Of a DNA stretch of 64,000 nt, positions 50,400 through 60,294 are shown one piece after another. A program made the position numbers and the translations under genes. Origin of the DNA: Bdellovibrionota bacterium (lineage in GTDB: Bacteria > Bdellovibrionota_C > UBA2361 > JAAYZI01); NCBI GenBank assembly GCA_050950765.1, contig JBMNIF010000003.1, positions 480,001 to 544,000 on the forward strand, read 5' to 3'. How positions within the stretch are numbered: the first letter of the stretch is position 1; each line of letters starts with the position of its first letter. The notes below the pieces were generated by a model that did not search any database, had not been told where the DNA came from, and saw only the letters and a program-made list of their open reading frames with translations.

Positions 50400-50909
50400 C
50401 TATAATACGCTCTCTTTAAGCGCCTTAGCAGGAACGAAACGAACTCTCTTCTTAGAAGCGATTTGAATTGTTTCACCAGTTGCAGGATTACGTCCTGTGC
50501 GAGCTTTCGTACGACGGACATACATCTTGCCAAGTCCCATCAAAGGTAATTTATAGCCTTTCTTCAAAGCTTCTTTGATGAGCAATGAGATGTCTTCACA
50601 CAACTCTTTAGCTTGAGAACGTTTTGCAAGCCCACAGAAAGCACGAACATTCTCTATGAATTCAGTTTGGCTGTAGCTATTCGTTTTTTCATTTTTTGGT
50701 TTGGTAACCTTTCTTACTTTTTTAATCTCCTCTGCGGCTGGTTTAGCAGCTTTAGGAGCAGCAGCTTTGGCTGTTTTCTTAGGAGCAGCCTTAGTAGCTT
50801 CTTTCTTACAAGCTGTTTTTTTACAAGCCGTTTTCTTAGGAGCAGCTTTTTTTGGAGCAACCTTAACTGCCTTCTTTGTTGCTGCTTTCTTTGTTGATAC
50901 CTTTGCCAT
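50400..50909 (-). CDS. hup: HU-family DNA-binding protein with N-terminal Lys/Ala/Pro-rich tail
   Basis: GLGKMYVRRTKARTGRNPATGETIQI...VRFVPAKALK; about 75-aa PKKA-rich N-terminus. Confidence 0.92.
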   Translation of the reverse strand: MAKVSTKKAATKKAVKVAPKKAAPKKTACKKTACKKEATKAAPKKTAKAAAPKAAKPAAEEIKKVRKVTKPKNEKTNSYSQTEFIENVRAFCGLAKRSQAKELCEDISLLIKEALKKGYKLPLMGLGKMYVRRTKARTGRNPATGETIQIASKKRVRFVPAKALKESVL

Positions 50910-51206
50910 TGTTTTTTCTCCTCACAAAAAATAAGTAACACCTTTGCAATTTATGTAATCGTCATAAAAGACGTTAAATTAGCAACTTTCTCGCGTTACG
51001 GTGCTATAATATGAACAAAATTTTGCAGACCGCAATAAAGAAAAAGTACCTTTCGTAAGATTTTTTGCATTTTTTTACCTTTTTAGATTCATTTGAATCA
51101 AAAAGAAGGCTTAAAACGTCCTTAAATACGGCGAAAATCAGAAAAAATAACTCTTGACCGAGTCGTAGCAACCTGTTTGAGTCAAGAACAGGAGGAGAGA
51201 TCACAT

Positions 51207-51908
51207 ATGTTAAAACCGTTTCTCTTATTTAAAAGTTGGCTCCTTGTAACACTTTTTTTACTTCTTGACGTTCAATTTTTATGCGCGCAGGAGGATCCCC
51301 TTATTCATTTTTTTGACTCTAAATTTAACTTGGCTTTTTCATATCCCGATTATTACATTCAAAGATCTGACCCCTCTTTAGAAGAGATCTCTTCTCAGGT
51401 TCCTCTCATTATTGCGGCAAAACATAAGACTCAAAAAACCTCCTTCAACATAATAGCGATCTCCGGCGAATATGACCTCTCTCTTCCAGAGAAGCGTCAA
51501 TCAAAAATGCTGCTTAGTAGCTATAAGATATCAGGTTTAACAGATGCCGTTATAAAAGAGAGTAGTATTTTAAATATTGCTGATAAAACTTTTTTTTGTG
51601 CCGAAATACATTATCTTTCACAAGGAACTTCAACGATATCTTATGTATCCATTATCCCTGCTAAGGGGGTGCATTTCATCTTAACATTTGTTACCTCCGA
51701 AGCTAACAACACCACGACATTAAAAAATGACACAAAACAGATCCTTAAATCGTTAGCTTTAACTTCAGATACTACAAAAGACCAAACAAGATCAGTAGAA
51801 AAAAACTCCTCTATTATAACCCCTACTATTCTTACCTTTTTGAAAGTATTAGTTTGTCTTTTGTTACTATTCACCTTTATAAAGATACGTCCAAAGTCTC
51901 CTCGCTAA
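51207..51908 (+). CDS. Hypothetical exported protein with C-terminal TM anchor
   Basis: Signal peptide, FSYP motif and C-terminal hydrophobic helix; GGAGGAG precedes ATG 51207. Confidence 0.7.
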   Translation: MLKPFLLFKSWLLVTLFLLLDVQFLCAQEDPLIHFFDSKFNLAFSYPDYYIQRSDPSLEEISSQVPLIIAAKHKTQKTSFNIIAISGEYDLSLPEKRQSKMLLSSYKISGLTDAVIKESSILNIADKTFFCAEIHYLSQGTSTISYVSIIPAKGVHFILTFVTSEANNTTTLKNDTKQILKSLALTSDTTKDQTRSVEKNSSIITPTILTFLKVLVCLLLLFTFIKIRPKSPR

Positions 51909-52014
51909 GTCTCAACGAACATAGATTGAGCACCCATTATTTCTGTCGTTCTCCTAACTTTTTAAAGATAGCGATCCCCTCTCACCATCGAGGTTAAGAA
52001 TACGTAGGAGACCC

Positions 52015-52794
52015 TTAGGAAGTAGATGCTTCCTCATCGAAAAATCTCTTCCTCCCCTTTTGTCTAAGCACGAGAGGAGTATATCGAAGGTTTTTTAATT
52101 GACGCTCTCTTCTATCAGATTTTTCACGTTCACAATTTGAGAGTTGCCTTTGAAAATATTCGTATGTTGGAAAACGGCGTAACGCTTCACGGAAGAGCTT
52201 TTCAGCCTCATCAAGTTCACCACTAAATAGAAAAATTTGACCTGCGTTGTTGTAAACTGATTGGTTATCTGGCGAAAGCATAAGTGCGTTATGTGCAAGT
52301 TGGATAGCCTGATTATGATTGCCGCAACGTAGCTCTGCTAATCCCAAGCGGCTTATAGTCTCTGCATTATTAGGATCGAGTCGAACTGCTTCCTGCAAAC
52401 ACTCCCTTGCCTTTTCCGGCTCCCAATTGATGAGATAAACCTCCCCTAGCTCTCGGTGATATAACGCCGATTCTGGGCGCAATCGAAGCGCCTCACCGAT
52501 GGCACGACGAGCATCAAGGTAGGCTGCCCCTCCTATATGTAGGAAAAAGAGATAGAGGTAGAAATAGAAGTGAGGTTCTTGCGGATGTAACTTAATAGCG
52601 AGACGAACTGTCTCTTCTAATTCATCATATAACCCTAAATTATAAGAAGAACGGCAGAGATACATAAGAGCTGTCGAATGACCTGGTGAGATCGATAAAG
52701 CTTCCCGCGCTTTATCTCGAAGCAAATCATTTCGATGTGTCTCAGCAAGAATCTGACAATACTCCAGAGCCTTTGAAAGTAATTCAGCACTCAT
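52015..52794 (-). CDS. Tetratricopeptide repeat protein
   Basis: Multiple TPRs (EAVRLDPNNAE, ALMLSPDN); overlaps the AAA gene stop (ATGA). Confidence 0.88.
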   Translation of the reverse strand: MSAELLSKALEYCQILAETHRNDLLRDKAREALSISPGHSTALMYLCRSSYNLGLYDELEETVRLAIKLHPQEPHFYFYLYLFFLHIGGAAYLDARRAIGEALRLRPESALYHRELGEVYLINWEPEKARECLQEAVRLDPNNAETISRLGLAELRCGNHNQAIQLAHNALMLSPDNQSVYNNAGQIFLFSGELDEAEKLFREALRRFPTYEYFQRQLSNCEREKSDRRERQLKNLRYTPLVLRQKGRKRFFDEEASTS

Positions 52795-53939
52795 ATCTTA
52801 TGAGCATCCATATATTTCTTCACTTCATCGTAAAGACCCGTCTGATTGGAATAGGTGATGTAGCTTTTTACAGTCATAAACCATTCAAGAGTTGTCGGTT
52901 TTGATTGAGCAACCGTAGAAAGAATATCTTGGGTTGTAATCTTAACAATTTGATTCGTTCTTAGAGCTTGTCTGAATATCTTGTCGGAGGTTTCTTCAGT
53001 GACTTTTTTAATATCAGCAGCAGAGAACCCTTCCGTCGCTTTCGCAAGAGCTTCATAATCAATTGACTCTAACGGCTTTTCTTTGAGATTTAATTCAAAC
53101 ATCCGTTTTCTAGCCATCTGATCAGGCGGAGTAATAAAAAGAAGTTTATCAAAGCGTCCTGGTCTACGTAAGGCATCATCAACTTCCCAAGGAATGTTTG
53201 TAGCACCGATCACTAATACCTTATTATTATCAGATCCGATCCCATCTAGTTCGGTTAAAAATTGATTAACGAGAGTTTTCATTGAGCCGATCAATTTGCT
53301 GCGGTTCATACCCAAAGCATCAAATTCATCAAAAAACAGAACCGATGGTGCTTGTCGCCGTGCTGCTTCAAAAAAATTGTGCAATGCGCGCTCACCGTCT
53401 CCAGTGAATCCCCTTAAGATCTCATGAATCGGAACTGAGATAAATGTTGCATCCAACTCTCCAGCCGTTGCCTTAGCAATAAAGGTCTTTCCACACCCTG
53501 GAGGTCCATACATAAGAATACCACCGCCAATTTTTAACTTATACTGTTTGGCTAGTTCAGGATTTTGTAACGGATATAAAATATCCATGCGGATCGCTTC
53601 TTTTACCGTATCCATCCCCGCAACATCTGCAAAGGTAACCTTATCTCTTCGTTTTTCGAGCAACTCGTCCAAGATCTTTCCTGCATCAGCACGATGACTA
53701 CCGAACCCGATTGACGTCCCCTGTTTATCTATCTCTTGCTCAATCTCATGAATAGCGCGCTCGACAGAGATATCTTGGTCGTATTCAAAAACATCCAAGA
53801 GTAAAGGATAGGCATCCCGCAGGTGCCCTTTTTTAAAGAGTTCAAGGCTAAAAAGTTTCTTTGTTCTGATATCACTCGGATCAGCATCTAGAGCTTGTTT
53901 AAGAGCACTTAAGAGTGGATCGTCATTGTAGTCGTTCAT
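52791..53939 (-). CDS. Single-module classic AAA ATPase (Vps4/Cdc48-like) with N-terminal TPR-like segment
   Basis: FADVAGM, YGPPGCGKT, LFFDEFD and GATNIPWEVDDALRRPGRFD. Confidence 0.93.
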   Translation of the reverse strand: MNDYNDDPLLSALKQALDADPSDIRTKKLFSLELFKKGHLRDAYPLLLDVFEYDQDISVERAIHEIEQEIDKQGTSIGFGSHRADAGKILDELLEKRRDKVTFADVAGMDTVKEAIRMDILYPLQNPELAKQYKLKIGGGILMYGPPGCGKTFIAKATAGELDATFISVPIHEILRGFTGDGERALHNFFEAARRQAPSVLFFDEFDALGMNRSKLIGSMKTLVNQFLTELDGIGSDNNKVLVIGATNIPWEVDDALRRPGRFDKLLFITPPDQMARKRMFELNLKEKPLESIDYEALAKATEGFSAADIKKVTEETSDKIFRQALRTNQIVKITTQDILSTVAQSKPTTLEWFMTVKSYITYSNQTGLYDEVKKYMDAHKI

Positions 53940-54201
53940 TGTAGTTAACTTTTAAAAATTGCGAATGTCCTCTCACGTTATGGACTTATTAAAAGAAACG
54001 TTACTTAAAAATTAGAACACACAACAATTAAATGAGCAATGCCAACTATTTATCATTAAAAGAAGGAAGGTCGTACATACAGAAACAGAAAAATTTAACT
54101 CAACTAAGGTTAAAAGTGTGGGAATTTATAAGATCTGGGGAAACTTCTTAATAAAAATAACGATACTGCTGCTGGATACTTTTTTAGGGAGGGAACCTTT
54201 T

Positions 54202-55722
54202 ATGTTGTGTAGAGTTAGAAGCTCCGTATTAAGTGGGCTAACAGCATATAGTGTTGATGTAGAAGTTGAAGCAAGTGAAGGTAAACACTCTTACACCACC
54301 ATCGGGATGGGAGATATCGCAGTAAGAGAATCAAAGGATAGGGTGTTATCAGCTATTAAAAAATGTGGAGTTCCGACACTGCCGAAAATCTTGGTAAACT
54401 TAGCACCGGCAGAGTTAAAAAAAGAGGGCTCCGCCTTTGATCTGGCGATCGCTGTTGGGATACTAGGAGCCTCTTGGCGTAATGGTAGGTTGGATCTGCA
54501 AGGGCGTAGTTTCGTCGGAGAGCTTTCTCTTAATGGTGAAATAAAACCGGTTCGTGGCATCGTGGCGCACGCTATTGAAGCCGTTGAGATGGGCTTAGAT
54601 GAGATCATCGTAGCACGCGAAAATGAAGCGGAGGCGAGGTTAGTTTCTGGTATCACGGTTACTGCGATGGACTCCTTAGTAGACCTTATTGCATACCTCT
54701 GCGGAGAGCTTGTGCCGGAGCCTTCTGAAACATCAGAAAACTCTATCATCGAGTATCACCCTAAAACGCTTCTCGATGTTAGAGGTCAAAAGAAAGCCAA
54801 ACGTGCTATGGAGATCGCTGCAGCTGGAGGACATAACCTCTTAATGGTAGGACCTCCTGGGTGTGGAAAAAGTATGCTAGCTGAAAGATTTGCATCTCTT
54901 CTCCCTCCACTCTCTCGTAATGAGATGTTGGAGGTGGCAAAAATTCATAGTGTCGCTGGACTACCGTTGGAGGAGCTTCTCGCTGGAATACGCCCCTTTC
55001 GTAATCCTCATCACGTTATTAGCGAACCTGGACTTGTTGGGGGTGGAAGCATTCCGCGACCTGGTGAGGTAAGTCTAGCACATCACGGAGTTCTCTTTTT
55101 AGATGAGTTCCCAGAATTTAAACGTGGTGTACTTGAAGCTTTACGACAACCACTTGAATCGGGACGGGTACGTGTCAGTAGAGCCAAGAGTAGTATAGAA
55201 TACCCTGCAATGTTTCAACTTATAGCAGCTATGAACCCCTGCCCTTGTGGTCGTCTGGGGGTAAGCGGTAGCTCTTGTATGTGTTCAAGAGGTGCTATTT
55301 ATAGTTATCTCAAAAAGCTTTCTTTGCCGATCCTAGATCGTATTGATCTCCACGTTGAGGTTGAAGCAGTTCCTTTTACGGAATTAAGTTGCACACAGGA
55401 GAACAATGAAGATCTCACTATTGCGGAAAGAGTACTTGAAGCAAGAGAACGCGCTTACCATCGGGCGAAAGTTTTAAACGCCAGAATCTCTTCGGCTGAT
55501 ATCAATGAACACGTTCGTCCTAAAGCAAGCGCTTTGGAACTACTTAAACGGATGACACAAAAAACCAGTTTGAGTGCACGCGGATATTTTAGAATCCTAA
55601 AAGTAGCACGCACCATCGCTGATTTAAGAGGTGGTGAGCACGTCAATGATGAAGATATCGCAGAAGCTTCAAGTTACAGAACGTTACACCGCATCGAACA
55701 GTACTGCATGGGCGGATCATAA
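54202..55722 (+). CDS. comM: ComM/YifB Mg-chelatase-like AAA+ helicase
   Basis: VNLAPAELKKEGSAFDL, GPPGCGKS, PGEVSLAHHGVLFLDE, AAMNPCPCG and LSARG...VARTIAD; GGGAGG precedes ATG 54202. Confidence 0.93.
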   Translation: MLCRVRSSVLSGLTAYSVDVEVEASEGKHSYTTIGMGDIAVRESKDRVLSAIKKCGVPTLPKILVNLAPAELKKEGSAFDLAIAVGILGASWRNGRLDLQGRSFVGELSLNGEIKPVRGIVAHAIEAVEMGLDEIIVARENEAEARLVSGITVTAMDSLVDLIAYLCGELVPEPSETSENSIIEYHPKTLLDVRGQKKAKRAMEIAAAGGHNLLMVGPPGCGKSMLAERFASLLPPLSRNEMLEVAKIHSVAGLPLEELLAGIRPFRNPHHVISEPGLVGGGSIPRPGEVSLAHHGVLFLDEFPEFKRGVLEALRQPLESGRVRVSRAKSSIEYPAMFQLIAAMNPCPCGRLGVSGSSCMCSRGAIYSYLKKLSLPILDRIDLHVEVEAVPFTELSCTQENNEDLTIAERVLEARERAYHRAKVLNARISSADINEHVRPKASALELLKRMTQKTSLSARGYFRILKVARTIADLRGGEHVNDEDIAEASSYRTLHRIEQYCMGGS

Positions 55723-55767
55723 AAAGAACTTTTTTAATGAGCAGAAATATTATAAAAAAATTAAAGG

Positions 55768-56553
55768 TTATTTCTGCTCATCTGATGAGTCTTTACATTC
55801 ATCAGCAAGTTTCACTTTAGCTTGATAGTCATCTCTAAATTTCTGATGCTCCTTAGAGATAATATAAAAAGCCTCTTCCGGAGTATCTACTATTGAGATG
55901 AAATCAAAATCTTTTGGGCTGACCAACTGTCTTCCAAGAACCGTAGTCTTAACCCAATCAATCAGCTCCGTCCAAAAATCACTATCTAAAAGGACGATGG
56001 GGCGCATCGGAATATGACCTACTTGCACAAGTTGCCAAGTAAAAAACAGCTCTAACAAAGTTCCAATTCCCCCTGGTGTGCAAACCACAGCGTGAGAAAG
56101 TCTCATGAATTCATCTAATCTGGAAGAGAATCTATAATGGTGTTTTTTTATATCAATATGATGATTCAGATCCATCTCCCATTCCAACTGAATCCCGATG
56201 CCAAAAGAGAGGGAGCGTGTTCTATTCTCTTTTTTGCCAAGTTGAGCTCCTTTATTAGCAGCCTCCATTAAACCTGGACCGCCACCAGTTAAAACATCAA
56301 TCCCTTCCCAAGCTAAAAAACGCGCCAACTGAAAAACTTCGTGATAAGCTTCCGTCTCTGGTTTTAATCTAGCACTTCCAAAGATGCACACTCTGAAAAA
56401 TCTCGGGTCATCAAGAGATTTAAGCTCTTCCTCAATCATCAAGGTACGGCTATTCAAGAGGTGTAACCTCTCGTCAAGGTGTTTACGTCGTTGCTTCTTA
56501 ATCTGATGTTCTGATAACTCTTCATCCTTATTATTTTTTTTCTTACCAGCCAT
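55768..56553 (-). CDS. LOG-family (lysine decarboxylase-like) phosphoribohydrolase
   Basis: IFGSAR, TGGGPGLMEAANKGA and PGGIGTLLE. Confidence 0.92.
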   Translation of the reverse strand: MAGKKKNNKDEELSEHQIKKQRRKHLDERLHLLNSRTLMIEEELKSLDDPRFFRVCIFGSARLKPETEAYHEVFQLARFLAWEGIDVLTGGGPGLMEAANKGAQLGKKENRTRSLSFGIGIQLEWEMDLNHHIDIKKHHYRFSSRLDEFMRLSHAVVCTPGGIGTLLELFFTWQLVQVGHIPMRPIVLLDSDFWTELIDWVKTTVLGRQLVSPKDFDFISIVDTPEEAFYIISKEHQKFRDDYQAKVKLADECKDSSDEQK

Positions 56554-56608
56554 AATTACTCCAAACTAATATTCGGGATATTTATTTTTAAAGGTTTCTC
56601 CCTTCAAT

Positions 56609-56641
56609 CACCTCTTCTACTTCATAACAGTAGAAGAGGTG
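56609..56641. promoter_or_regulatory. Perfect 13-bp inverted repeat in a divergent intergenic region
   Basis: CACCTCTTCTACT-TCATAAC-AGTAGAAGAGGTG. Confidence 0.55.
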
Positions 56642-56742
56642 TCACTATAAAATCTATAATCTTAAAATCCATTCTATCCCTTAACTACCTTCTCGGTCTA
56701 TAATACTTTAGATGTCTTTTTTGGGCGAGGAGGAGCACGGAT

Positions 56743-57117
56743 ATGCTAATGTATGAGAAAATAATCCATATCATCTGGTTTTTATTTCCGACTTTCTTTT
56801 TTCTCTTAGCTCTCTGGTCAAAACTTGAGCAACTTAGCGGCTCTCCAAGTATTCAAGACACGCGCATTCTTTTTAAACAAGGTGTATTTCTTCTGCTCTG
56901 CTGTTTAATAGCAGTAGGTGTTGATCGCTACTTATTCGTTCCTCACTTGCAAAAAAACCTTCCTGAATGGCTTCCGTTGGCGTTATTACAGATCCTCCTT
57001 TTCCCCACAATTTTACTATTAGCTGCACTATGTAGCGGCGGCTCAAAAGATATAACTTTAAAAGTTAAAAAGGGAGATAAAAAAGAACGCTCAAACTTGA
57101 AAAAATACCGCCATTAA
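56743..57117 (+). CDS. Hypothetical membrane protein (about 3 TM)
   Basis: GAGGAGGAG SD; hydrophobic segments. Confidence 0.75.
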   Translation: MLMYEKIIHIIWFLFPTFFFLLALWSKLEQLSGSPSIQDTRILFKQGVFLLLCCLIAVGVDRYLFVPHLQKNLPEWLPLALLQILLFPTILLLAALCSGGSKDITLKVKKGDKKERSNLKKYRH

Positions 57118-57169
57118 AGTGATACTAAGAAAAAAATAATCATTCAAATTATAAGTGTAGGATATATTT

Positions 57170-57742
57170 ATGTTAATCGCAGGCATTGATGAAGTCGGAA
57201 GAGGCCCCTTAGCTGGCCCAGTTGTGGCGGCGGCTGTTGTTTTTGAAAAAGAGTATACCAATCCTGAGATTAAAGATTCTAAGAAACTTTCTCCGTTAAA
57301 ACGCGAACTATTACTGGAATGTATTTATCGAGATGCACTGCAATGGGCGATCTCTACTGTTAGCCCTCAAGATATCAGTGAATTGAACATCAGAGAAGCT
57401 ACACGTTTAGCCATGTCGCAAGCTGCTGCTCAGATAAATGCCGATCTATTATTAATTGACGGGAACATGGAGATAGATAGCGATACGCCACAACGAACCG
57501 TCATAAACGGAGATACTACACATGTCGCAATATCAGCAGCCTCCATTATCGCAAAGGTTTACAGAGACCACCTCATGCAAAAGTTTGACCTCAAATATCC
57601 CGGATACGGATTTGCACATAACGCCGGTTACGGCACAGCAAGCCACCTCCAAGCCATCAAAGATCTGGGGCCTTCTCCGATCCATCGCAGTACATTTAGA
57701 GGAGTTCGTGAATATTGGGCTACTGAGATTTGCGGAGAATGA
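57170..57742 (+). CDS. rnhB: Ribonuclease HII
   Basis: GIDEVGRGPLAGPV, DSKKLS, LIDG, AASIIAKVYRD and HRSTF. Confidence 0.97.
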   Translation: MLIAGIDEVGRGPLAGPVVAAAVVFEKEYTNPEIKDSKKLSPLKRELLLECIYRDALQWAISTVSPQDISELNIREATRLAMSQAAAQINADLLLIDGNMEIDSDTPQRTVINGDTTHVAISAASIIAKVYRDHLMQKFDLKYPGYGFAHNAGYGTASHLQAIKDLGPSPIHRSTFRGVREYWATEICGE

Positions 57743-58190
57743 GACATCACCCCTTCTAAAAAAATCAATCCACAAAAAGAAAAAGGGGTGGAAGAACAGG
57801 ATCGGACAACGTGGAGAATGTTTAGCAGTACAACACTTATTTAATAAAGGTTATTACATCTGGCATAGAAACTGGCAGATTAAAAGTGGAGAGATCGATA
57901 TTATTGCAATTCAAAAGAGGACTCTCGCATTTATTGAAGTAAAAACACGCTTAACAAAATACGCTTCTGATTATGATCCGTTTGATGCTGTTGATGACAT
58001 CAAGATGAAGCACCTTCAAAAGGTAGCAAAAAACTTTTTGGAGATAGAAGCACCTCAGATTAAACGACGTCGCATTAAATCTTTTCGCTTTGATATTATC
58101 GGCGTAACTTTAACACCAACTTTTCATAAGATCTGGCTACGTAAAAACTCCGTGATCCATTATATCGATGCCTTTCAATGGGAGGAATAA
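57708..58190 (+). CDS. yraN: YraN (UPF0102) family PD-(D/E)XK protein
   Basis: GQRGE...RNW...GEIDII...FIEVKTR...RFDII. Start uncertain; GTG 57708 chosen. Confidence 0.85.
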   Translation: MNIGLLRFAENETSPLLKKSIHKKKKGWKNRIGQRGECLAVQHLFNKGYYIWHRNWQIKSGEIDIIAIQKRTLAFIEVKTRLTKYASDYDPFDAVDDIKMKHLQKVAKNFLEIEAPQIKRRRIKSFRFDIIGVTLTPTFHKIWLRKNSVIHYIDAFQWEE

Positions 58191-58292
58191 TTTAACCCCT
58201 AACTCTTCATAGTTCAGGAATATATCTCAATAAAAACCTTCAGCATTCAAAAAAAATCAGTATTTTTTAGGGGGAGGGATGGTTCGAAATTT

Positions 58293-58350
58293 AAAAAAGG
58301 CACTCACTTAAAGATCTACTTACCTAAGAAACAGAAGTGAGTACCTTTTT
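58293..58350. terminator. Bidirectional terminator-like hairpin downstream of efp
   Basis: AAAAAGGCACTCACTT...AAGTGAGTACCTTTTT. Confidence 0.7.
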
Positions 58351-58359
58351 ATATCAATA

Positions 58360-58917
58360 TTAAACAGCTCTACTAACGTAAGTTCCTTCATCAGTATTTA
58401 CAACGATCTTTTCGCCTTCCTTAATAAATGGAGGAACCCCTAAACTAAGCCCTGTATCTGTTTTTGCTGGTTTATACGAGCCGCTCTGGGTGGCACCTTT
58501 AAGCTCCGGCTCTGTCTCCACAACAGTTAAAACAACTGTTGTCGGGAGCTCAACACCTATCGGCTCTTCTCCATAGAGGGTAATTATTACGGGCATCTGA
58601 TCGTGGAGATAATACTTACCATCTCCCAGAACGTCTTCCGTCAGAATCGCTTCTTCATAAGTTTCAGAATTCATAAAATGATAGCCATCAAGCGCACTGT
58701 AAAGGTATGTCGCAGGGACAGTAGTCACATCAGCTCTTTCCACCTCTTCCGTAGAATTAAACCTTACTTCTGTCTGATTCCCCGTAAGTAAGTTTCTCAA
58801 CTTCGTTTGCACTAACGCTCCACCTTTACCTGGTGTGTTGTGGTTAAACGCCATAACCCTATAAGGCGTATCGTTATATAGTATAACCATCCCTTTTCTG
58901 ATGTCATTCGCTTTCAT
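58360..58917 (-). CDS. efp: Elongation factor P
   Basis: TPGKGGA loop, YHFMNSETYE, KPAKTDTG and VPPFIKEGE...YVSR; ATG 58917 follows GGAAGG. Confidence 0.97.
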   Translation of the reverse strand: MKANDIRKGMVILYNDTPYRVMAFNHNTPGKGGALVQTKLRNLLTGNQTEVRFNSTEEVERADVTTVPATYLYSALDGYHFMNSETYEEAILTEDVLGDGKYYLHDQMPVIITLYGEEPIGVELPTTVVLTVVETEPELKGATQSGSYKPAKTDTGLSLGVPPFIKEGEKIVVNTDEGTYVSRAV

Positions 58918-59183
58918 AAAATCCACCTTCCTAAGCAAGAACCGTATAGCAATTTTAATTTTATAACTATTCCAAGCCATAGGTTATTTAAAACGGTGTT
59001 CAGTATGGCATATTGAAGAGAAATCCTCAATTTACTACGACACCTGTTATTTACAACAACGACACATTCACTTTGTAAAAATCAGTGTAACAAGATTAAT
59101 AATTTTTATCCCCCATTTTTATTGGAGTTTATCAAAGAGAGGTCCGAGCTTCGCAATTACACCACCTTAACGAATTCAAGATA

Positions 59184-59217
59184 TTACTTAAGTTTTTAAG
59201 TTTAAAAACTTAAGTAA
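59184..59217. other. Perfect 16-bp AT-rich inverted repeat
   Basis: TTACTTAAGTTTTTAA-GT-TTAAAAACTTAAGTAA. Confidence 0.8.
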
Positions 59218-59242
59218 AAGATAGTTATCTTTTATTTTAGAA

Positions 59243-60139
59243 CTATTCTCTATCAAGCCCCATATCTTGATAAGCTGCTTCATCCTCAATCGGCTCAATA
59301 TGCGTTGAAAGGTGTGCTTTTGGAGAGATCTTCCGAATATCACGTTCGATATCTTCTACAAATTGATGTGCTTTTGAAAGTGACCAGTCACCTGGAAGAA
59401 GGATATGAAAAGATACAAACCTTCTAGATCCAGATTGACGTGTTCTAAAAGCATGAAATGCAGCTCCCCTTCCCCTATAACGATCTAAAACGGCTTCTAT
59501 AGCAACGATCTCATCTTCCGGAATAGAGCGATCCATCAATCCATGAAAGGAGTTCACCAACAACTCAACTCCTGTTACAACAATATTACCGACCACACAC
59601 AGAGCGATAATAGGATCGAGCACCTGCCAACCAGTTAACGCAACACCCCCTATCCCTAAGACAACAGCGACTGAAGTCCAAACGTCAGTCATTAAATGAC
59701 GTGCATCAGCCTCTAATGTAATTGATTCATAACTTTTACCAGCTTTAGTAAGGATGCGTGCCACAACCAGATTTATCAGGGAAGCCACTATCGATAGGAA
59801 TAAACCGAGATCTATCTCCTGAAGCTCCACAGGCTCTAGGATCCTTCCCACTGCTGCCCAAGCGATACCCCCCGCAGCGACTAAGATCAGCACCCCCTCT
59901 ATACCACTGGAAAAATACTCTATCTTATTATGACCGTAAGCGTGCTCCTTATCTTCCGGACGTGCCGCTAAAATCAAGCTAAAAAGTGCGATAAGTGCAG
60001 CACATAAGTTAACCACAGACTCACAAGCATCAGATAACAACCCGACGGAGTCAGTTACAAAATATGCTGCTGTCTTTAAAGCGATCGTCGAGACAGCAGC
60101 GGCAATAGAGATATAGGCATAACGTTTTAGATCTACCAT
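59243..60139 (-). CDS. Cation diffusion facilitator (FieF-like) transporter
   Basis: SVGLLSDACES, HAYGHNKIE, ADARHLMTD and THIEP. Confidence 0.93.
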   Translation of the reverse strand: MVDLKRYAYISIAAAVSTIALKTAAYFVTDSVGLLSDACESVVNLCAALIALFSLILAARPEDKEHAYGHNKIEYFSSGIEGVLILVAAGGIAWAAVGRILEPVELQEIDLGLFLSIVASLINLVVARILTKAGKSYESITLEADARHLMTDVWTSVAVVLGIGGVALTGWQVLDPIIALCVVGNIVVTGVELLVNSFHGLMDRSIPEDEIVAIEAVLDRYRGRGAAFHAFRTRQSGSRRFVSFHILLPGDWSLSKAHQFVEDIERDIRKISPKAHLSTHIEPIEDEAAYQDMGLDRE

Positions 60140-60294
60140 AAGACAGAACGCTCTCTTATCAAGATAAACTTTAGCAAAGATTCTTTTTCAAGTTCTACAA
60201 AATCAGGTATTATCAGAGCCCGATTATTGATAAAAAGCAACTCCACTTAAAAAGTGAAGTGTAGCAATTATAAACAGAGAGAAACAGTCAAAAA

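Noticed and set aside
57522..57707. Long N-terminal extension of YraN overlapping rnhB
   Set aside because: It is an alternative frame of rnhB; YraN similarity begins only near the rnhB stop.
58270..58292. tRNA T-loop-like GGTTCGA
   Set aside because: There is no surrounding cloverleaf.
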